Shown one piece after another: positions 1 to 5,659 of a stretch of 30,626 bases of DNA. A program made the translations under genes and the position numbers. Within the stretch, counting starts at the first letter, position 1. The number at the start of each line of letters is the position of its first letter. The notes under the pieces were generated by a model, which made no database searches, was not told where the DNA came from, and worked only from the letters and a program-made list of their open reading frames with translations. Origin of the DNA: a virus; IMG/VR virus record IMGVR_UViG_3300043579_000184, positions 99,315-129,940 of that record; one strand, given 5' to 3'.

Positions 1-125
1 TCAACGACGGTCGCGACTACGAGGTGATGTTCCAGCCGGACTACTTCGCGGCGTTCACCCTGCTGCAGTTGACCCAGCGCAGCCAGATCGGCCAGCCGCA
101 GACGAACCCGCGCACGGCGTACTGA
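1..125 (+). CDS. 3' end of probable head-closure/head-tail connector protein (partial)
   Basis: Frame 3 is open from the window edge: NDGRDYEVMFQPDYFAAFTLLQLTQRSQIGQPQTNPRTAY*, TGA at 123-125, 1 nt before the next ATG. The 'DGRDYEV' strand and the position upstream of an HK97 gp10-like gene fit a head-closure protein. Confidence 0.45.
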   Translation, partial: NDGRDYEVMFQPDYFAAFTLLQLTQRSQIGQPQTNPRTAY

Positions 126-126
126 G

Positions 127-732
127 ATGCCCTGCTTCCTCATCCCCATTCACGAGTCGAACGACTGCCACAACCCGGGCGGTAACCCGGACGGGGGACG
201 GTTCTGCTCCGGACCGGGCGCGGGCGGAACCCACGCCGGGTCGCATCTGGTCCGGCCGGGCGAGACCTACGACCTTCGGGCCGTCCTGACCGGCACGCGG
301 CTCTTCCTGTTCAACCCGTCCACCGGGCAGCTCGCCGTCGGAGACGCGGGGCGGGAGGACCGGACCCATGCGGAGGTGCTCGCCAACGCCGCGACCGCGC
401 AGCCCGCCGGGGCCCCGCGCGCCGACTACGACCGCTTCCGGATCCATGGCTACTTCACGGTCCGCAACGGCCAGCCGGAGGTCGAAGTCCTCCGCATCGC
501 GGCCAGCCCGGAGGTCGCCGATCAGGATCTGTACGCGGCCCGGGTGGACCAGCTCGACGCCTTGGAGGAGATGGGCCCCCGCTTCGCCGCATGGGGCCTC
601 CCGCCGGAGACACCGATCACGGTGGCGGGCTTTGGCAAGAAGGGCCTGCGCGGCCGCACACTGGGTACCGCGTTCCCGGAAGCCTACCGGGCCCACACCA
701 AGGCGACCAAGGCCAAGCGCCGGGCGGCATAA
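127..732 (+). CDS. Conserved-leader cargo protein 1 (leader + unknown domain), 201 aa
   Basis: Starts MPCFLIPIHESNDCHNPGGNPDGGRFCSG, a leader shared with four other ORFs. The rest has no motif I recognise and ends in a basic tail (KATKAKRRAA). Confidence 0.8.
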   Translation: MPCFLIPIHESNDCHNPGGNPDGGRFCSGPGAGGTHAGSHLVRPGETYDLRAVLTGTRLFLFNPSTGQLAVGDAGREDRTHAEVLANAATAQPAGAPRADYDRFRIHGYFTVRNGQPEVEVLRIAASPEVADQDLYAARVDQLDALEEMGPRFAAWGLPPETPITVAGFGKKGLRGRTLGTAFPEAYRAHTKATKAKRRAA

Positions 733-733
733 T

Positions 734-1717
734 ATGCCGTGCTTCCTCATCCCGCTGCACGAATACAACAAGTGCCATGACCCGGGCGGCACGCCGGAGG
801 GCGGGCAGTTTTGCTCGACGCCCGGGTCGGGGTCGGGTCTGAAGAACTACCCGCGCCCTGAAGGTAGCCGGGACATCCCGGACTTCTTGAAGCAGGACGT
901 GCTCAACGCGGCGCGGGCGGGCATCGTGGTCCGCCACCATCAGCAGCCGGAGCCGGTGCTGGATATCGCGGGCGTGCTCCATGACCCACTAGCCCTGAGT
1001 CACGCGCGGGGCGGCACGGAGACGTTCTCCAGCAAGGGGGTCTACGGGCTCATCGCCCCGCGCGGCGCGATCCGGATCATGACGCGCGGCGGCGAGTTCG
1101 AGCCGACCGTCGAGGTCTGGGGTAGCTCCGGCTACCCGCAGGGGCGCAAGAAGAAGGAGCTGACCCCGGAGATGCTGCCCGCCGAGCTGCGGGCGACCGT
1201 CCACGATGTGCAGTCCACCTTCCGGCACGAGGTCGGCCACCTGATGGACGACGAGTCGAGCTGGCCAAAGAAGGGCGCGAAGTACGACACCGAGATGCAG
1301 CGCGAGGTGCGCGCGTGGGTCTACGCGGTCGAGATCAGCCCGGACCACACCGTCAGCGAGCGCATGGTGCGTAACGGACTCATGTCGCATGCGTATGGGT
1401 CGTTCCGCAAGGCGCAGATTCTGACGGACGACGAGCACCGGTACGTCCAGCGGCAAGGCTGGATGGACCAGCAGGAGACGTTGGAGCGCATCGTCCAGAA
1501 CGAGTCGAAGATGGGGGTCGTTAACATCGAGGCGCACCGCAAGGCCGAGGCGTTTACCAACCGGGTGCTGAGGGCGCTGGTCAACTACGGGAAGGTGCTC
1601 ACCCGGAAGGGCATCGTCCGGGTGCCGCAGGCGAAGGATCCCTACTTTCCGCTCGCGGACAAGCGCCGCTTAATGCAGCCGGGGCCGGGCCAGCACGCAT
1701 GGCCGGGGCTGCTCTGA
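734..1717 (+). CDS. Conserved-leader cargo protein 2, HExxH zinc metallopeptidase-like, 327 aa
   Basis: True start is ATG 734, 1 nt after TAA 730-732 (not 368). Leader MPCFLIPLHEYNKCHDPGGTPEGGQFCS. FRHEVGH at 1226-1240 with downstream EMQREVRAW (candidate third Zn ligand). Confidence 0.8.
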   Translation: MPCFLIPLHEYNKCHDPGGTPEGGQFCSTPGSGSGLKNYPRPEGSRDIPDFLKQDVLNAARAGIVVRHHQQPEPVLDIAGVLHDPLALSHARGGTETFSSKGVYGLIAPRGAIRIMTRGGEFEPTVEVWGSSGYPQGRKKKELTPEMLPAELRATVHDVQSTFRHEVGHLMDDESSWPKKGAKYDTEMQREVRAWVYAVEISPDHTVSERMVRNGLMSHAYGSFRKAQILTDDEHRYVQRQGWMDQQETLERIVQNESKMGVVNIEAHRKAEAFTNRVLRALVNYGKVLTRKGIVRVPQAKDPYFPLADKRRLMQPGPGQHAWPGLL

Positions 1718-2946
1718 TGCCCTGCTTCCTCGTGCCGCTGCACGAGTACAACGACTGCCATGAGCCGGGCGGCCAGCCCATTGGCGGGCGGTTCTGCGGC
1801 AAGGATGCGTTTGTCCCGAGGCCGCCGAAGAAGCCATTGCCGTTCACACGGACGCCCACGGTCGCGGACTATTACTCGGCGAAGGTGTTCATGACGCCGC
1901 ACGAGCAGCACGGCTGGGAAAAGCTCCAGCGGGAGGCTATGGAGACCCGGCTGGCGCTGAACAGGGTGGAGGAAGCCACGCTGCGGGCCGGTGACCCGTT
2001 CGGGCTGCTCAAGCGGGACGCGGTCAAGAACCTCGATACACCTGAGCTGACGCACCTGCGTCACCGGCACGAGGCGCTCGCGACCCAGATGCGGGACTTC
2101 GCCGACGAGGTCGCGCGCCGGGGCGTGATGCAGATCGCCAAGGAGCTGGACTTCCCGCCCGAGAACGTCCATATCATCAGCAACCCGAAGGGGCGCATGT
2201 TCGAGGTGGGTGGGAAGCAGTGGGAGGAAGGTGGGCATTTCAGCCCGGGGACCGGCGTGGTTCAGATCAACATCGCGACCTCGCGGGGCCTCGGGCTGGT
2301 GCGGCTGGTCGCGCACGAGATCGCGCACGCGAAGTTTGAGGTCTGGCGCTCCGCGATGGATCAGGAGTCCGAAGTGCTCAAGGACTGGGAGCCGGTCGGT
2401 CTGAAAGACCTGACCACCCGGAACCGCACCCCGTGGAGCGCCAGCGGGGAGGTGCGGCCGGAGTTTCGCGCCGAGTTCCGCCGCCGCTTCCCGGCGCACG
2501 CGGCCACGGCCGATACATGGGGCAGCGCCTACACAGCTACCAGCCTGTCGCGGCAGATGCAGGAGGACGACGGCTTCACCGATTACTCGAAGGCGTACTG
2601 GGCCGACGCGAATAACCCAGCGAAGCAGCAGCACTACATGTACACGAGCCACACGGGCCGTCAGATGATGGGCTCGACGCTCTACACTGCTGTCAACGAG
2701 ACCCTGTCGGAAGTCGCAGCATGGCGGGTCGCGCGGCGAATGCAGCCGGGGCCGACGCCCGCCGCGAGCCGGGCGGCGCAGTGGGCCCAGCGGGCCGGGA
2801 GTCCGCAGATGAAGAAGCTCTTCCTCGGCCAGCGGACGCGGACTATCGGTATGGAGAAAGCGACTCGCGAGCCCGGGCCGTCCAAGGCGTGGCGGAAATT
2901 CTCAGCTAGGATCAACCAGTTCTACCGCGCCCATGGCCGCACCTAA
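1717..2946 (+). CDS. Conserved-leader cargo protein 3, HExxH zincin metallopeptidase-like, 409 aa
   Basis: TGATG overlap at 1715-1719. Leader MPCFLVPLHEYNDCHEPGGQPIGGRFCG. VAHEIAH at 2314-2328, then GFTDYSKAYW...VNETLSE. Confidence 0.8.
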   Translation: MPCFLVPLHEYNDCHEPGGQPIGGRFCGKDAFVPRPPKKPLPFTRTPTVADYYSAKVFMTPHEQHGWEKLQREAMETRLALNRVEEATLRAGDPFGLLKRDAVKNLDTPELTHLRHRHEALATQMRDFADEVARRGVMQIAKELDFPPENVHIISNPKGRMFEVGGKQWEEGGHFSPGTGVVQINIATSRGLGLVRLVAHEIAHAKFEVWRSAMDQESEVLKDWEPVGLKDLTTRNRTPWSASGEVRPEFRAEFRRRFPAHAATADTWGSAYTATSLSRQMQEDDGFTDYSKAYWADANNPAKQQHYMYTSHTGRQMMGSTLYTAVNETLSEVAAWRVARRMQPGPTPAASRAAQWAQRAGSPQMKKLFLGQRTRTIGMEKATREPGPSKAWRKFSARINQFYRAHGRT

Positions 2947-3100
2947 ACTCACCGACGTAATCATCGACGGCAAGCCGGGGAAGCTCGCCTACTTCGACGC
3001 CGCCGGGCGGATGACCACGCCCGACAAGGCCGTGCAGGCCAAGGTGGTCTTCGAGGACGGCTCGCACCTGTGGCTGGTGCCCGCCGACCGCGTCTCATGA
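2933..3100 (+). CDS. Small hypothetical protein, 55 aa (not in ORF track)
   Basis: MAAPKLTDVIIDGKPGKLAYFDAAGRMTTPDKAVQAKVVFEDGSHLWLVPADRVS*. Fills the gap exactly, overlaps the upstream stop, and its TGA overlaps the next ATG (ATGA 3097-3100). GC-rich third positions. Confidence 0.75.
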   Translation: MAAPKLTDVIIDGKPGKLAYFDAAGRMTTPDKAVQAKVVFEDGSHLWLVPADRVS

Positions 3101-3465
3101 TCCCCCTGACCCTTGTGTGGGAGGGACTGGAAAACGTCCTCAGCGACATCGACATGAAGCTCGACGCCGCCAAGCAGGTCGTGCGGGACGACCTGAAGGA
3201 GTTTGGCATCGGCGCGAAGGGCGAGATGGTGATGACGCACACGTTCCAGAACCGGACTTTCCAACTGGAGCACAGCATCGGCTTCTCGCAGGACGAGGAT
3301 GTCAGCGTCACGGTCTTCGCCATGGCCCCGTACGCCAGCCAAGTCGAGTTCGGGGTGCCCGGCCACAGCCGCCCCTACCCGTTCTTCTGGCCGGTCTGGT
3401 TCAAGTGGCTCACCCTGCTGGAGGAGAAGCTCAAGGACGACTGGCCGCGTGCATGGCACGGGTGA
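3097..3465 (+). CDS. HK97 gp10-like neck/tail-completion protein, 122 aa
   Basis: Motifs RTFQLEHSI and APYASQVEFG...RPYPFFWP are typical of the HK97 gp10 family. ATGA-coupled start. Synteny in the connector module. Confidence 0.75.
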   Translation: MIPLTLVWEGLENVLSDIDMKLDAAKQVVRDDLKEFGIGAKGEMVMTHTFQNRTFQLEHSIGFSQDEDVSVTVFAMAPYASQVEFGVPGHSRPYPFFWPVWFKWLTLLEEKLKDDWPRAWHG

Positions 3466-3499
3466 GGGATGGGTAGAACGGATCACACAGGAGGGCGTG

Positions 3500-3718
3500 A
3501 TGGCAAAGCAGCAGCCGGGGAATCGCGGGAAAGTGGTGCCGACGGAGCCGACCGAGCAGACGGAGCCGGAGGCCGAGGCGGAGGAAGTCACCTGTGCCAT
3601 TTGCGGCGAGCCGGGGGTCGAGGGAGCCGAGCACGCCGCCACCGACGCGCACGGGATCCACAACGTCACGGCCGAGGCCGAGGGGAACCGGCAGCGGTCG
3701 AGTCGTCGCGAGTCGTAA
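3500..3718 (+). CDS. Small acidic protein with CxxC...H...H motif, 72 aa
   Basis: AGGAGG RBS at ~3489-3494, ATG 3500. MAKQQPGNRGKVVPTEPTEQTEPEAEAEEVTCAICGEPGVEGAEHAATDAHGIH... Confidence 0.7.
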   Translation: MAKQQPGNRGKVVPTEPTEQTEPEAEAEEVTCAICGEPGVEGAEHAATDAHGIHNVTAEAEGNRQRSSRRES

Positions 3719-3721
3719 GAC

Positions 3722-4207
3722 ATGCACACCGAGACCAGCACGGTCACCGAGCACGTCACGCCGGGGCTCGCCCCGGCGCGACTGCTCACGCCCGCCATCA
3801 CGCTCAAGCGGCTGCTGGTCTCGACGGTCAGAAACGACCCCGACTGCCGGAGGCTCTTGGGCATCCGCAATAACGCGGACGACCCGCGCATTTATGCGTA
3901 CTACGCCCCGCTGGCCGTGGTGGATGAGCAGCGCCCGGCCTACATCACCTACGCGCAGACCGGGTTCCCGGAGCGCTACGCGGCCACTGGCGACCCGGTC
4001 TTCAATCTGGCCATCTGGGGCCTGAGCTGGGAGGCGGTCGAGCCGGTGCGCGAGCGGATGCTGGCGCTCTTCGACGCCAAGCTGCTGGTGACGCAGACCG
4101 GGCGGAAGGTGTTCGGGATCGTCCTGCTCCAGCACGACAACTATCAGGAGAACACCAAGTTCGCGAGCGTCGTGGTGCAGGTCCGCCTCGGGTTCTCGCA
4201 GGTCTGA
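3722..4207 (+). CDS. Tail terminator/tail-completion protein (SPP1 gp17/DUF3168-like), 161 aa
   Basis: LxxLxxxxxxDPxxxxLLG...RIY...AP...P.YITY pattern and position after the gp10-like gene. Confidence 0.65.
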   Translation: MHTETSTVTEHVTPGLAPARLLTPAITLKRLLVSTVRNDPDCRRLLGIRNNADDPRIYAYYAPLAVVDEQRPAYITYAQTGFPERYAATGDPVFNLAIWGLSWEAVEPVRERMLALFDAKLLVTQTGRKVFGIVLLQHDNYQENTKFASVVVQVRLGFSQV

Positions 4208-4209
4208 GG

Positions 4210-4599
4210 ATGCCGACCTTCCTTGTCCCGCTCTACGAGTCGAATGACTGTCACAACCCAGCCGGGCCGGACGGCGGGCAGTTCTGCGGGAAGTCCGGGA
4301 GCCGGACGGTCCATCCGGACGATGTGAAAACCGAGCGTCCGATGGCAGTCGCCACGGGCGGCGCATCGATCATCGCCCACCATGCCGCCGGGCGAATGCC
4401 GCTCGACGCGGCGAAAGTGAAGCGGATGGAGAAGGCGATTCGCGCGGGGGAGTCGTTCGACCCGTTGGTGGTCCGCGAGGATGGGGTGCTCAGAGACGGC
4501 CATCACCGGCTGCAGGCGTACCGGAACGTCGGCACGAAGTCGATTGAGGTCGTGTCCGAGGACGAGGCGAAACGGCGCAAGCTCAAGTGGCGGGTGTGA
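4210..4599 (+). CDS. Conserved-leader cargo protein 4, ParB/Sulfiredoxin-like N-terminal domain, 129 aa
   Basis: Leader MPTFLVPLYESNDCHNPAGPDGGQFCG. C-terminal KVKRMEKAIRAGESFDPLVVREDGVLRDGHHRLQAY has the ParB/Srx DGHHR signature (4495-4509). Confidence 0.85.
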   Translation: MPTFLVPLYESNDCHNPAGPDGGQFCGKSGSRTVHPDDVKTERPMAVATGGASIIAHHAAGRMPLDAAKVKRMEKAIRAGESFDPLVVREDGVLRDGHHRLQAYRNVGTKSIEVVSEDEAKRRKLKWRV

Positions 4600-5096
4600 T
4601 GCCGGTCTTCCTCGTCCCGCTCTACGAGTCGAACGACTGTCACAATCCGGCAGGGCCGGGTGGCGGGCAGTTCTGCTCGACGGGCGGAGTAGCCGAAGCG
4701 CTCGGCAAGGTGCGCGTGGTCGAGGAGCCTCGGACGCCGAGCCCGGACCATCCCGAGGCGCACCAGCACGGCGACCGGGTCATCGTGTCGCACAAGTTCC
4801 ATCAGCTCACGCCGGAGCAGCGGTACCACGTCCTGCTGCACGAGCTGGGGCACTGGTTCCGGGAGCGGTTCGTCCCGCTCGCGGACATCATGGGGTGGGA
4901 GCAGGGCGACAAGTTCTACGACCTGTTCGCCGCCGGTAACTCGGAGGAGGGCTGGGCCGAGGCGTTTGCGGTCTTCGCCAGCCACCCGCAGGAGCTGAAG
5001 GCCCGCTACCCGACGCAGTTTGCGGCCCTGCGGGCGCTGGTGACCGACGACGACGTGGCACAGGTGCAGGCGTTCGCCCGGAAGCACAGCCGATGA
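4599..5096 (+). CDS. Conserved-leader cargo protein 5, compact HExxH zincin peptidase, 165 aa
   Basis: TGATG overlap at 4597-4601. Leader MPVFLVPLYESNDCHNPAGPGGGQFCS. LLHELGH at 4839-4853 and NSEEGWAEAFA (E..AE motif). Confidence 0.8.
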   Translation: MPVFLVPLYESNDCHNPAGPGGGQFCSTGGVAEALGKVRVVEEPRTPSPDHPEAHQHGDRVIVSHKFHQLTPEQRYHVLLHELGHWFRERFVPLADIMGWEQGDKFYDLFAAGNSEEGWAEAFAVFASHPQELKARYPTQFAALRALVTDDDVAQVQAFARKHSR

Positions 5097-5596
5097 ACGA
5101 CTACACGACCTTCACCAAGCGGACGGTCGAGACACTTCGCGACAGCCTGCCCCCACAGGGGTGGACCCCGCTCGACGTGCGGAAGGGCATCTGGAAGCCC
5201 CGGAACCTGTCGCCGTTCGAGCGCTACATGGCCTACGTCGCGCCGCCGCTCGACAACCCGTGGACCGAGCGCCGAATCTCCACACGGGAAGTCGCTTACA
5301 TCCTGACAGCGCACGTCTTCCTGCTGGTGAAAAGCTACGACGACGGCGAGGAACTGTCGGTCTACGGCGACACGGCCCCCGATCTGGGCGTCTTCCAGTT
5401 CATCCACGACGTGAAGGTCATCCTCCGGGGCACCGATCTGGGCGGCTTGCTCGACCGGACCCACAACGAGACCATGGGCGGCACCCGCTTCGAGACCGGC
5501 GCGTCCGAGGGGTTCGACACCGGCGGTCACGGCTGGGTGCACCGGGCGATGCTCACTTACACGGTCCAGACGGCCCCCTTCTGCCCGCCGACGTAG
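5093..5596 (+). CDS. Virion structural protein, probable second tail-terminator-like protein, 167 aa
   Basis: ATGA-coupled, lies directly before the major tail gene, size and alternating helix/strand pattern fit lambda gpU-like terminators. Confidence 0.5.
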   Translation: MNDYTTFTKRTVETLRDSLPPQGWTPLDVRKGIWKPRNLSPFERYMAYVAPPLDNPWTERRISTREVAYILTAHVFLLVKSYDDGEELSVYGDTAPDLGVFQFIHDVKVILRGTDLGGLLDRTHNETMGGTRFETGASEGFDTGGHGWVHRAMLTYTVQTAPFCPPT

Positions 5597-5659
5597 AGCG
5601 TTTGTGACCCGGTTCAGACAGGGCGAGAACCCGGAACCCTTCACCGAGGACAAGACACC

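Larger units (their letters stand above)
127..4679 (+). repeat. Five dispersed ~81-84 bp coding repeats (leader): 127-210, 734-817, 1717-1800, 4210-4290, 4599-4679
   Basis: Each begins at a start codon: ATGCCN...TTCCT...CCN...GA[AG]...AA...TG[CT]CA...CC...GG...GGNGGNC[AG]GTT[CT]TGC. Many differences are synonymous. Confidence 0.9.

Noticed and set aside
127-210. Leader as Sec/Tat/lipoprotein signal peptide or RiPP leader
   Set aside because: No basic n-region, long h-region, twin-Arg or lipobox. Payloads are large folded domains and no modifying enzymes are present.
368-733. N-terminal extension of the 368..1717 ORF
   Set aside because: Arg/Pro/Ser-rich shadow of the 127..732 gene. The conserved leader marks the true start at 734.
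4210-4599. Plasmid-prophage partition gene parB
   Set aside because: No HTH/dimerisation region and no parA or parS seen. The domain is fused to the cargo leader inside the structural operon.
127-4679. Repeated leader DNA as a CRISPR array, DGR template/variable repeat or integron attC sites
   Set aside because: Repeats are in-frame at gene starts, hundreds to thousands of bp apart and diverge largely synonymously. They are not palindromic, differences are not adenine-specific, and no RT, cas or integrase gene is in the window.
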